Assembly: GCA_036960375.1 (NCBI GenBank)
Contig: JBALVY010000001.1
Coordinates: forward strand, 576,563-640,562
Direction: 5' to 3'
Origin: Pseudomonadales bacterium
GTDB lineage: Bacteria > Pseudomonadota > Gammaproteobacteria > Pseudomonadales > CAWVSB01
Length of the DNA stretch: 64,000 nucleotides
Both the position numbers and the translations under genes were made by a program. Positions 18,079-27,332 of this stretch are shown here, piece after piece (positions within the stretch are counted from its first letter, which is position 1; each line of letters begins with the position of its first letter). The notes below the pieces were generated by a model that saw only the letters and a program-made list of their open reading frames with translations, ran no database searches and was not told where the DNA came from.

Positions 18079-20709
18079 ATGATAAAATTCAATAAGTTAA
18101 GTAAAGCAGTCGCTATAGCCTCCTTACCCTTTCTTGCAGCAGGGCCGTCGATGGTCATGGCTCAGCAGGCGCCTGAATCGACAGAAGCAGGTCAGCTCGA
18201 AGAAATTACCGTGAGTGCACGTCGGCGAACAGAGAACCTGCAGGACGTGCCTATGTCGGTTGAGGCCTTCAATGAGAGCGCTATCGAGAGCCTGAACGTC
18301 TATAAGTTCAGCGACCTGGCCAGCCAGGTACCCAACCTGACGTTTGTCAGAGGCGAAAGTGGGCGTCTTAATACCCCGATTATTCGCGGTATGGCTCTGA
18401 TCGACTCTCGTGGTTTCGATAACAACGTCGGTGTCTTTATCGACGGAGTGTTTGTATCAGGACGGGCGGCACAGAATATCGGCTTGGTCGATCTCCAGCG
18501 CGTAGAGGTCGTCAAGGGACCTCAGAGCGCACTTTATGGGCGCAACACTTTTGCCGGCGCGGTGAATTTCGTGACTAAAGATCCTTCAGATACCTTCGAG
18601 GGCAATGTCGAGGCGACTATTGGTGAAGACAATCTGACACGGGTACAAGCTGCGATTTCCGGTCCTATAATTGAGGATCGCCTCTCCGGCAGGCTAGCCC
18701 TGAGTTATATGGACGATGAGGGTACTTACAAGAACATCGGGCCACAAGACAAGAATGGCGGTATAGGCGGCGCTAAGAGCGAGACCGTGATGGGAACCTT
18801 GCTATTTACGCCCAATGATTCTACCCGAATTTTCCTCGATGCCTATTACTCAGATGAAGACGTTGACGGCCGTGCGCTTGAAATCGTCGACAATAACTGC
18901 GGCGAAATCGTGCCGACCTTCACCAGCCTAACGTATGATATCGGTGTTCCGTACTACGCCTGTGGTGAAACGCCCAACTACAGCGGCGAGATGGTCGATC
19001 AGTCACCGGGGGCTTATTCCTCTAAAGGTGATACTTACCGGGGCGACCTGCGTATGGATTTCGAAATCGGCGACTATACCCTGCACTCCATCACGGCCTA
19101 TACCAAGAACCAGAGCAACGGCTTTGCCGACCTGGACCGCAGTCAGGTAGGTGGTGCCCACTATGGCTATGCGAAGCGGTCAGATTACGAGGCTCGCCCC
19201 TCCTATTTGCCTCCAGTATTATTTCCGGACGCACCCTATATTCCTGGGTGGGTGGAGGTAACGGACGCAGACTTCAATACATTCATTGGCTCTCAGGGTC
19301 TGGACCAAAAGTATTGGTCGCAGGAACTGCGACTCGACTCCGCCTCCGACCAGCGCTTGCGCTGGAGTGCCGGCCTGTACTACTTCCATTCCGAGAACGA
19401 TCAGTCATCGGACCTCGCTATCGATGTTAGCTCGGCCGTAGACGCCACAGGCCTTTCACCCGATGAGCTGGTATTCATGACTGTAGATCCAGCCGGTGGT
19501 CCGGGGCCCTACCCCTGGTTAGGCCCAGCAAACCCGCCGGGACGTCTTGCTCTGCCCCACCCCCTCCTGGGGCAACAGTACGAGGTTGATACCGACCTTT
19601 GGTCGGATGGCGTCAGGGGTCCGCAGCAACTGACCATTTCCACGGAAACCGTGGACCAGTATTCGATATTTGGTTCTCTTGAATACGACTTTACCGACAA
19701 GCTTACCGGAACCGTCGAGCTGCGCTACACGGAAGAGACCCGTTCACTAGAGGACATTAAGGACGATTTCTTCTTCACAGTGCCTCCGGGCGAGAGTAAC
19801 TACAACGAGGTGAGCTTCGAATTCTGGGATCCGCGCTTTACCCTGCGTTATGCGATGAACGACGACATCATGATCTACGGTTCCGTGGCCAAGGGCACCC
19901 GCTCTGGCGGCGTCAACGGCAACATTCCCGAGGCAGACCCCGATATTCTGACCTACGACCCTGAGACTAACTGGACCTATGAATTAGGCATTAAGAACTC
20001 CTGGCTGGATAATCGTTTGCAGCTTAATGCGGCGATCTTCTACGTGGACTGGGAGGACGCCCAGTTCCGCCAGCGCCTGACAGACAGCACCGGTGCATTC
20101 CTCACGGCAACCAGTAATTCTACCGGTCTGACCAGCAAGGGCTTTGAGATCAGTATCGTGGCTCAGCCTACCGAGCATTGGAATATCTCCGGTGGCTATG
20201 GTTATGCTGACGTCACCTTTGATGACGGCACACTCTACTCCGGTGGTGCTGCACTATGTCGGCTGCAACCAGCAGACAACAGTGACTATCCCGTGCTGCC
20301 TATCAACTGTGTGCTTGATCCTGCCGGTTCTGGTGACTCCTTCCCGGATATGTCAGGTCTACAGCCCAGACGTTCCAGCGACACCACAGCCAACTTTGCC
20401 ACGACGTACACCCGACCGTTGGGTGACAGCCTCGACTGGTTTGCCCAGGCGGATGCTTCCTACCGATCTAAACAGTACATGGACGAAATCAATGTGACCT
20501 ACGTACCCGCACGCAGCATTGCCAATATGAGCCTGGGTATCAATGCCGAGTCCTGGGGCGTTACCCTCTGGGTGAAGAATATGTTTGAAGAAGACGCGCC
20601 TGAGTTTGCCCAGGTATTTCAGTCGGACCTCAACTCATTCCTCCCGGTGACCACCATCGTTGGTATTGAGCGACGTCGCATTGGTATCACTGCTCGCTAC
20701 CGCTTCTAA
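18079..20709 (+). CDS. TonB-dependent outer-membrane receptor
   Basis: 876 aa from ATG 18079. Signal peptide MIKFNKLSKAVAIASLPFLAAGPSMVMAQQ, then LEEITVSARRR and a plug domain. Beta-barrel with C-terminal ...ITARYRF. Confidence 0.9.
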   Translation: MIKFNKLSKAVAIASLPFLAAGPSMVMAQQAPESTEAGQLEEITVSARRRTENLQDVPMSVEAFNESAIESLNVYKFSDLASQVPNLTFVRGESGRLNTPIIRGMALIDSRGFDNNVGVFIDGVFVSGRAAQNIGLVDLQRVEVVKGPQSALYGRNTFAGAVNFVTKDPSDTFEGNVEATIGEDNLTRVQAAISGPIIEDRLSGRLALSYMDDEGTYKNIGPQDKNGGIGGAKSETVMGTLLFTPNDSTRIFLDAYYSDEDVDGRALEIVDNNCGEIVPTFTSLTYDIGVPYYACGETPNYSGEMVDQSPGAYSSKGDTYRGDLRMDFEIGDYTLHSITAYTKNQSNGFADLDRSQVGGAHYGYAKRSDYEARPSYLPPVLFPDAPYIPGWVEVTDADFNTFIGSQGLDQKYWSQELRLDSASDQRLRWSAGLYYFHSENDQSSDLAIDVSSAVDATGLSPDELVFMTVDPAGGPGPYPWLGPANPPGRLALPHPLLGQQYEVDTDLWSDGVRGPQQLTISTETVDQYSIFGSLEYDFTDKLTGTVELRYTEETRSLEDIKDDFFFTVPPGESNYNEVSFEFWDPRFTLRYAMNDDIMIYGSVAKGTRSGGVNGNIPEADPDILTYDPETNWTYELGIKNSWLDNRLQLNAAIFYVDWEDAQFRQRLTDSTGAFLTATSNSTGLTSKGFEISIVAQPTEHWNISGGYGYADVTFDDGTLYSGGAALCRLQPADNSDYPVLPINCVLDPAGSGDSFPDMSGLQPRRSSDTTANFATTYTRPLGDSLDWFAQADASYRSKQYMDEINVTYVPARSIANMSLGINAESWGVTLWVKNMFEEDAPEFAQVFQSDLNSFLPVTTIVGIERRRIGITARYRF

Positions 20710-20726
20710 GTACAGGAGATATAAAA

Positions 20727-21545
20727 ATGACCAAGCTTTTGAATATTCGTTGCCTATACGCTTTGTGTTTGGCCAGTCTGCTGTCTCTGTCGCTGCCGGC
20801 GTTCAGCGCCAACCCGGAGCCGACTTCGGCTGCGGCGGCTCAGGGTGAAATTCTGGTGGTCGGTGCGTCCGGTCGCTCGGGGGTGTACATCATTAAGGCA
20901 CTCGAGCAGCAAGCGCGTGCTTTTCGGCCAATGACCAGCAATATCGAGCGGGCCAAGGGAAAGGTACCGGGCGATTACAATTGGGTGCAGGCCGATGTGC
21001 GTGACATGGCGACTTTGCAGGCTGCTATGGACGGAGTCACTTATGTGATTTCTGTCCTGGGTGCCACCAAGTTTGAAGGCCCAGACGGGCCTGAATTTGT
21101 GGACTGGCAAGGGACCAGAAATATAGTCGATGCGGCGAAAAAGGCCGGGGTGAAGCATATTGTGATCGTTTCTGCGGCGGGAGTATCGCAACCCAATAAC
21201 GCGATGAACAAGTACGGCAACGTAATGGTGTGGAAATTCAAGGGTGAGAACTACCTGCGAGCCGGCGGTATCCCTTACACCATCATTAGACCCGGTGGCC
21301 TCGAGAGCGAGGACAGCACGGGCAAGGGAATCGCCATGATGCAAGGTGATACGCTGCCTAATCACGGAGGCTTCAGTCGTGCCGACCTGGCCTCCATGTT
21401 GCTTGCTGCGGTGGGCAATCCCGACGCCTACCAGAAAACCTTTGAGCCAATTTACGAGGATGAGGCGGCTGCAGATGCTTGGCGCACCGAGTTTGGAGCG
21501 CTACTGACCGATGAGCAACTCAAGGCCAGCGCAGGCAATGAGTAG
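20727..21545 (+). CDS. Exported NAD(P)-binding Rossmann-fold protein (atypical SDR / NmrA-like)
   Basis: 272 aa. Sec-type signal MTKLLNIRCLYALCLASLLSLSLPAFS-AN, then ILVVGASGRSGVYIIKAL (GxxGxxG). Paralog of 27333..28190. Confidence 0.8.
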   Translation: MTKLLNIRCLYALCLASLLSLSLPAFSANPEPTSAAAAQGEILVVGASGRSGVYIIKALEQQARAFRPMTSNIERAKGKVPGDYNWVQADVRDMATLQAAMDGVTYVISVLGATKFEGPDGPEFVDWQGTRNIVDAAKKAGVKHIVIVSAAGVSQPNNAMNKYGNVMVWKFKGENYLRAGGIPYTIIRPGGLESEDSTGKGIAMMQGDTLPNHGGFSRADLASMLLAAVGNPDAYQKTFEPIYEDEAAADAWRTEFGALLTDEQLKASAGNE

Positions 21546-22230
21546 CGACAGCAATGATACGCTGAAGCGACGTCAGGCTCTGTCAATGGCGGCGGCCAGC
21601 ATTGCTGGCGCTGCACTGTTTCGCACTGGCATGGTATCTTCCCAGCCGGCGAGCGAGCCTTCGCGTCCCACCCCCGGAATGACTTCCAAGCTGAGCCCGG
21701 AAATTGAGGCGGCGAAGAAAAACGCCTTCATCATGATCCCCTACGGCATGTTTGTACTGGCGGTTACCGACGGCGAAAATATTTACGCTGGTGCTGTTAA
21801 CTGGGTGATGCAGAGCGCCTATGCTGAACCACTCTTCACCATGGGAGTGCGCCGCCCCGGCGGCTTTGGTTTCCCTTACAGTGACGAGGTCTACAAGACC
21901 CTGGTCAAAACAGGCAAGTTCAGTTTGTCGTTTCTCGGTGAAGACCAAACAAATATGGCCAGAGCGTTCATGTCAGCCGATACCGTGATCGATGGCAACA
22001 AGATCAACGGCTATGAATTCCACACTGCCATGACCGGCGCGCCTATCATCAATGAGGCACCAGCCTGGTTTGAGGCCGAGGTCAAGGATGAGGTGACGCC
22101 GGGTGACCATTCACTCTTTATTTGCTCTGTCATCAACGCAGGCAATACCACTGAGCAGCCATTGCTGATGGATCGCGACGCGACCCGTCGCCCGAAGAAC
22201 TGGCTCACCGGTGGTGCGGCCACTAAGTAG
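21538..22230 (+). CDS. Flavin-reductase-like (FMN-binding split-barrel) protein with a Tat-type signal
   Basis: 230 aa from ATG 21538, overlapping the upstream stop. N-terminus MSSDSNDTLKRRQALSMAAASIAGAALF carries a twin-Arg plus hydrophobic region. Core IPYGMFVLAVTDGENIYAGAVNWVMQSAYAEPLFTMGV resembles the flavin reductase domain. Confidence 0.7.
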   Translation: MSSDSNDTLKRRQALSMAAASIAGAALFRTGMVSSQPASEPSRPTPGMTSKLSPEIEAAKKNAFIMIPYGMFVLAVTDGENIYAGAVNWVMQSAYAEPLFTMGVRRPGGFGFPYSDEVYKTLVKTGKFSLSFLGEDQTNMARAFMSADTVIDGNKINGYEFHTAMTGAPIINEAPAWFEAEVKDEVTPGDHSLFICSVINAGNTTEQPLLMDRDATRRPKNWLTGGAATK

Positions 22231-22304
22231 CAAGTCATGTATCCCGGTAATGGAGTTTTTAGCATGAGCGCTCAGAGACGTCAGCTGAATGCCCTCGTTG
22301 TCCT

Positions 22305-23099
22305 ATGAGGAAGGCCTACGTCGATATCCCTCAGGGGCAGCTTCATTACCTGACAGAGGGCACCGGTATTCCGCTGGTACTTTGTCACCAGTCCCCCAAC
22401 TGTTCTCGCATGTTCACCGCTGCAATTCCTTTGCTTGCTGAGGCGGGCTTCAGGGTGCTGGCATTTGATACTCCCGGGCATGGGGAGTCCAGTCCGCTGC
22501 AGCACGAACCTTCGATTCCAGATTATGCGCGGGCGTTGCTGTCGGGCCTCGATGCGCTGGAGCTAGAACATTTTCATCTGCTGGGCCACCATACCGGCGC
22601 AGCGATAGCCGCAGAGATGGCCGTTAGCGCGGCGGGGCGGGTCGACTCGCTGATACTGAATGGCCCGCCATTGTTTTCACCGGATACACGCGCCCAGCGC
22701 CGCTTGAAGGATCCCCTGCGCATTGTGCCGACAGAGGGCGGGCAGCACTTGTTGACCTTGTGGGAGTTGCGCAAGCGGGTGACGCCTGGTTGGTCTGACC
22801 TGAGGGTGATGCAGCGTGCCGTTGTCGATCTGCTGCGCTGCGGCAACCGGGTTCATCAGGGACACGCGGCGGTATACGACTACGATCTTGAACAGGCGCT
22901 GATGCAGCTGAACGTTCCCACGCTGATTTTGACCAACACCGGGGAAGACCTGTACCAGCATTCCCTTGCGACTTTTGCCCTGCGCCCCGACGCCTTTAAG
23001 CTCTCAGAACTACCCGGTGGTACCCACGACATTGTCGATGAACAGCCGGTGGCCTGGTCACATGCAGTGGCCTCGTTCGTTGCGCAGGTGGTTGGCTGA
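22305..23099 (+). CDS. Alpha/beta-hydrolase-fold protein, paralog of 17071..17898
   Basis: 264 aa. It shows the same deviations as its paralog: LVLCHQSPNCS and LLGHHTGAAIA. A C-terminal GGTHD is present. Confidence 0.8.
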   Translation: MRKAYVDIPQGQLHYLTEGTGIPLVLCHQSPNCSRMFTAAIPLLAEAGFRVLAFDTPGHGESSPLQHEPSIPDYARALLSGLDALELEHFHLLGHHTGAAIAAEMAVSAAGRVDSLILNGPPLFSPDTRAQRRLKDPLRIVPTEGGQHLLTLWELRKRVTPGWSDLRVMQRAVVDLLRCGNRVHQGHAAVYDYDLEQALMQLNVPTLILTNTGEDLYQHSLATFALRPDAFKLSELPGGTHDIVDEQPVAWSHAVASFVAQVVG

Positions 23100-23199
23100 C
23101 GCTCAGTGCCATCCGCTATGCGGGCTTAGTGTTGGCAGCACATTCCGATGATAGAGTAATACGCTATTTAACCCCTACAGACTACGGGAAAACAGAGCA

Positions 23200-25470
23200 A
23201 TGAATGCCCCTCTCAAAGGTATCAAAGTCCTCAATTGCGGCACCGCCGGTGTGGGTCCCTGGGCAGCCACACTGCTGGGTTACCTTGGGGCAGAAGTCAT
23301 CAAGATTGAAAGGCCTAGCGGCGAAATGACCCGTCGAGCGTTTCCGCAACGCAACGGTGTAAGCACCGCCTTTCTCGCCCTCAATATCAACCAGACCCCA
23401 CTGTACCTGGATATGAAAGATCCAGATAACCGAGCGCAGTTCGAGCAGTTGGTCGCGGGAGCGGACGTCCTTATTGAGAACTATCGACCCGGCGTCGCCG
23501 AGCGTATCGGCATGGGTTACGAGTATGTCAGCCAAATAAATCCGCGATTAGTGATGGCCAGCAGCCCGGGCTGGGGGCACAGCGGCCCCATGCGCGATAC
23601 CGGCGCGGTTGACCCGCACCTACAGGCCTTCAGTGGTTTTGCCGGTCTTAATGGAGCCGAGGGTGACGACCCCGAGATGTTGCGTTATACCCATATCGAC
23701 CCGAACGGCTCGGTACACTTGGCCGCTCTCGTTATGCTTGGCCTGCTGCAGCGGCAGCGTACCGGCAAGGGAAGCTATGTGCGCAGCTCCCACCTTGCTA
23801 TGGCACTGTTTATGCAATCGACGCGTATTGCCGAGACTCTGACGACAGGCGAGCCGGTTCCCCGGCTCGGTAGCGCCTGCACATCCAGTGTACCCAATCA
23901 GTGTTTTCAGGCCCGTGACGGAGCCTGGTTTACTGTGGCGGTAGAGTCGCCTGAGCAGTGGCAGGGCTTTTGTGCGGCGATAGAGCGGTCGGAACTCGCA
24001 GAGGACGAACGATTTTGTACCAACGCGGCTCGGGTACAGAACCGCCGAGCACTGGTAGAGGACCTGCAGCGCTGGTTCGCGGGCCAGCCGGAGCGCTGGT
24101 GGATTACCCGGCTCGAAGCGTATGCCGTGCCCCACAGCCGGTTGCTTGAATTTGACGACCTGCGCTATCACCAGCAGATTGTGGAGAACGGCTATCTGGT
24201 CGAAGTGGAATCGGTCGCCGGCCCATTGACGCTGGGGGGGCTGCCCTGGCGATTCAGTCGCACGCCCGCCTCAATTGTCGCAGCGAAACCCGCCGGTGAT
24301 GCGTCTGGCATGGTCGCATTCACTGCCGATGGCGAAGCGCAGCCGGTCAAGGGCAATGCGGCTTCACCGGAGCTCCCACCTCTGGACGGGCTGAGGGTGA
24401 TCGACGCCTCCCAGGGCTACGCCGGTCCGCTGGTGGCCTTGCTGCTGGCGGAGGCCGGTGCCGAAGTGACGAAGCTGGAACCGTCCGCAGGAGACTGGAC
24501 TCGTACTCTACTGCCGACGACGGGCGAGGGGCGCAGTGCCGCGTTTGATGCGATGAACCGAAACAAGCTCTGCCTGTCGGTCGATAAGCTAAGTTCGGCG
24601 GACACTGCCCGGCTGGTGGAACAGGCCGATATTGTGATTAGCGATGATTCAGACCTGTTGGCCGCACTTGGGCTCGATACCGCGGTTCTAGCGGAGCAAA
24701 ATCCCGAAATGATTCACTTTGAATTAAGTGGCTTTGGCGAGCGTGGTCCAATGGCCGGCCACCCGGCGAGTGAGCTGGGAATACAGGGTATGACGGGTTA
24801 TCTGAGTGACCTTGGGCAGCCCGGCGGCGAGCCGGTGCGGGTGGGCGCGGATATTACCGGCACCTGTACTGCGGCTTTGTCATTTCTGGGCGTAACGGCA
24901 GCGCTTTACGAGCGAGCGGAGTCCGGCAAAGGGCAGTCGATTGCCGCCAGTATGCTGGGGGCCATGATGTGTATGCGCACCCTGCGCTGGGCCAACCACT
25001 GCCGCCCCGACGAATGGAAAGGTGGCGACTGCAATGGCAAAACTGATCAGCCCTGGCGTGGCTACCGGACCCGTGACGGTGTCATTTGGCCCACCATGGT
25101 GCCGGTGCGCGACGACCAACAGATTTTAGAAATATATCGGCAGTTGGGTATGTTTGATGAGGTATGCGACAAGGATATTTTCATGCAGCACGGGCGCGAC
25201 ACTGTCGGCCTGGGATTCAACGCTCAAGCGGTCAAGCCGGTCTGGGACAAGGCCCTTGGTCGACTGCCGACAGAACAGGTACTGCGGGTCTTCAATGAGC
25301 ATCGCGGTATCGCCGTGGAGTTTTCCGAGTTGCATCAACTTGTTAACCATCCCCAGGTGCAGGCACTGGATATTCTAGAGGGTGATGGTGCCGGCCGCTA
25401 TGTGCGTGCGCCATGGCATACGAGCTGGCAGCGCCCTCCACTTAAACAACCAATGGGAAATGACCAATGA
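23200..25470 (+). CDS. Double-domain class III CoA-transferase, paralog of 2722..5028
   Basis: 756 aa. LKGIKVLNCGTAGVGPWAATLLGYLGAEVIKIERPSGE, and a second half LDGLRVIDASQGYAGPLVALLLAEAGAEVTKLEPSAGD. HIDPNGS and VGADITGTCT are retained. By eye well over half of positions are identical to the first copy. Confidence 0.85.
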   Translation: MNAPLKGIKVLNCGTAGVGPWAATLLGYLGAEVIKIERPSGEMTRRAFPQRNGVSTAFLALNINQTPLYLDMKDPDNRAQFEQLVAGADVLIENYRPGVAERIGMGYEYVSQINPRLVMASSPGWGHSGPMRDTGAVDPHLQAFSGFAGLNGAEGDDPEMLRYTHIDPNGSVHLAALVMLGLLQRQRTGKGSYVRSSHLAMALFMQSTRIAETLTTGEPVPRLGSACTSSVPNQCFQARDGAWFTVAVESPEQWQGFCAAIERSELAEDERFCTNAARVQNRRALVEDLQRWFAGQPERWWITRLEAYAVPHSRLLEFDDLRYHQQIVENGYLVEVESVAGPLTLGGLPWRFSRTPASIVAAKPAGDASGMVAFTADGEAQPVKGNAASPELPPLDGLRVIDASQGYAGPLVALLLAEAGAEVTKLEPSAGDWTRTLLPTTGEGRSAAFDAMNRNKLCLSVDKLSSADTARLVEQADIVISDDSDLLAALGLDTAVLAEQNPEMIHFELSGFGERGPMAGHPASELGIQGMTGYLSDLGQPGGEPVRVGADITGTCTAALSFLGVTAALYERAESGKGQSIAASMLGAMMCMRTLRWANHCRPDEWKGGDCNGKTDQPWRGYRTRDGVIWPTMVPVRDDQQILEIYRQLGMFDEVCDKDIFMQHGRDTVGLGFNAQAVKPVWDKALGRLPTEQVLRVFNEHRGIAVEFSELHQLVNHPQVQALDILEGDGAGRYVRAPWHTSWQRPPLKQPMGNDQ

Positions 25471-26468
25471 CAAGTGCAGACAACTCTACGCAAGGCGCCC
25501 CCGGGACATTTGATGCAATCAGCTTTCGCGACGCCCTGGGGCAGTTTGCCACCGGCGTAACGATAATAACCGCGGTCGATGCAGACGGCACGCCGGTGGG
25601 TGTTACCGCCAACAGTTTCAATTCTGCTTCCCTGGACCCGCCTCTGGTTCTGTGGAGCCTTGGGCGACGCTCGGGCACCCTTAGCGCGTTCACCCAGGCG
25701 GAATATTTTGCTGTGCACATTCTTTCGGCGGATCAGATCGAACTTTCCAATCGGTTTGCTGCCCCCCGCAGCGACAAATTCGAGGGAATTGAAACAACAG
25801 AAGGTCTTGGCGGCGTGCCCTTGCTCGATGGTTGTGCCGCTCGTTTCGAATGCAAAACCGCCTACCAGTACGAGGGTGGCGACCATATTATTTTTGTCGG
25901 CGAGGTGCAGCGCTTTGAAAAGGCAGATACTCCCACGCTGCTGTATCACCAGGGCAAGTATGCCTTGTCGCATGCGCAGCAGGCGGTAGCACCGGGCACG
26001 CCGGGTGGAGAGGGCGTCGATCCGCCCGGAGGGTTTGTCGACGACTATCTCGCCTACCTCTTAATTAATGCCTCCCGAAGCTTCCTGACCCGCTTCAAGG
26101 ACTGCATTCTCTCTTCCGGCCTGGACATCATTGGCTGGAGAACACTGGCGCATCTTACTGATCAGGACGGCAGGATGGGCAAAACCATGTTAAGCAAGGG
26201 AGTGGCAGAGGATGCCGAGAGCATGCTCGAAGCGCATCGCCGGCTCGAGTCGGAAGGCCTTATCCGCCGCGACGTAGAGCCGCTGGACGAAGAACTTGCA
26301 AGGCCGATACACCTGACCGACCTCGGCAGGGAAACGGTGATCCCCATACTGGCCGCGGCTAAATCGCTTGAATCAGACGCCCTTGGTGGTCTGGAAACAG
26401 ATGACGAGATTCAGATTCTGAAAAATTCGTTGCGCCAGGTGGCGTCGCGTATGGCAGATGAGAAATAG
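25467..26468 (+). CDS. Flavin reductase (HpaC-like) fused to a C-terminal MarR-type winged-helix domain
   Basis: 333 aa. The N-terminal ~165 aa (FRDALGQFATGVTIITAVDADGTPVGVTANSFNSASLDPPLVLWSL...GDHIIFVGEV) form a flavin reductase domain. After a Pro/Gly linker comes a MarR-like segment (IIGWRTLAHLTDQDGRMGKTMLSKGVAEDAESMLEAHRRLESEGLIRRD). The start overlaps the CoA-transferase stop (ATGA). Confidence 0.8.
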   Translation: MTSADNSTQGAPGTFDAISFRDALGQFATGVTIITAVDADGTPVGVTANSFNSASLDPPLVLWSLGRRSGTLSAFTQAEYFAVHILSADQIELSNRFAAPRSDKFEGIETTEGLGGVPLLDGCAARFECKTAYQYEGGDHIIFVGEVQRFEKADTPTLLYHQGKYALSHAQQAVAPGTPGGEGVDPPGGFVDDYLAYLLINASRSFLTRFKDCILSSGLDIIGWRTLAHLTDQDGRMGKTMLSKGVAEDAESMLEAHRRLESEGLIRRDVEPLDEELARPIHLTDLGRETVIPILAAAKSLESDALGGLETDDEIQILKNSLRQVASRMADEK

Positions 26469-26473
26469 CAGGC

Positions 26474-26499
26474 AAAAAAAACGGCGGGTATACCGCCGT
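26474..26499 (-). terminator. Rho-independent terminator between convergent genes
   Basis: Stem ACGGCGG (26481-87) pairs with CCGCCGT (26493-99) around a 5-nt loop. The A7 run at 26474-80 becomes a T-tract after the hairpin on the minus strand. Confidence 0.6.
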
Positions 26500-26518
26500 T
26501 AAAGGGAATATGCTTTGT

Positions 26519-27316
26519 CTATGGTTTACTGAATTTCAACACGGCGCGGGAAGTTTTACCGCGATAGGCGGGCATCATTGCCATGCCCTTTAGGTCGTCC
26601 TCGGTATTGAGTAATACGTCACTCTCAGATTCGAACACAAAGCCCGCTGCCAAAAAATCTCGCTTGATCAGTTCCGGATCGATCCGGTGTAGCTTCGGTA
26701 CCACGGCGGGGTCGGCGTCGGCTTGTGCTATATGGTCTATTACGCCGACTGTTCCGCCTGCACGCGTCGCTGCAAATACCTGTGCCAGCATGGCTGGGCG
26801 ATCTACTTTTTCCCAGCCGCGAAACCCATCAATGTAATAAATGTCATGGTAGGCAAGGCTGAACAGCACCACATCGAACGCGTCTGTCGGCAGTATTAAT
26901 GCGTTATTGGGGGCTATCAATACCTCGACGTTGTTGAGGCGATCATCTCCATAGCGGATGGCGCGCTCTTCGGCGGTCATCCCGGCGTACACGGTATTGT
27001 TGTGTGCGACCACCCGGCCCTTTTCACCTACTGTGTAGGACAGCATCTCAGTGTAGTAACCACCGCCCGAGTACATATCCAGTACGCTCTGGCCGGGTTG
27101 AATAGAGAAGAACTGCAAGATATCTGCAGGTTTGCGCTGAGTATCGCGCACCGTGTCCTTTTCCGGACGATTCGGATTCGTGACAGCGGCGGTGATGATC
27201 TCAGCTTGTGATGTGGCGGGCGGCACGTCGGCTGTAGCGGCGCAGGAAATTAACGTGGCGCAGGCTGCCAGCTGCACTATGTGATTTTTGAGGGCGAAAC
27301 GGCGAAGGTTTAACAT
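26519..27316 (-). CDS. Exported (lipoprotein-signal) class I methyltransferase-fold protein
   Basis: 265 aa. N-terminus MLNLRRFALKNHIVQLAACATLISCAAT contains lipobox-like LAAC and LISC. VLDMYSGGGYYTE resembles methyltransferase motif I. Confidence 0.75.
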   Translation of the reverse strand: MLNLRRFALKNHIVQLAACATLISCAATADVPPATSQAEIITAAVTNPNRPEKDTVRDTQRKPADILQFFSIQPGQSVLDMYSGGGYYTEMLSYTVGEKGRVVAHNNTVYAGMTAEERAIRYGDDRLNNVEVLIAPNNALILPTDAFDVVLFSLAYHDIYYIDGFRGWEKVDRPAMLAQVFAATRAGGTVGVIDHIAQADADPAVVPKLHRIDPELIKRDFLAAGFVFESESDVLLNTEDDLKGMAMMPAYRGKTSRAVLKFSKP

Positions 27317-27332
27317 GTTGTTCTCCAGTATT

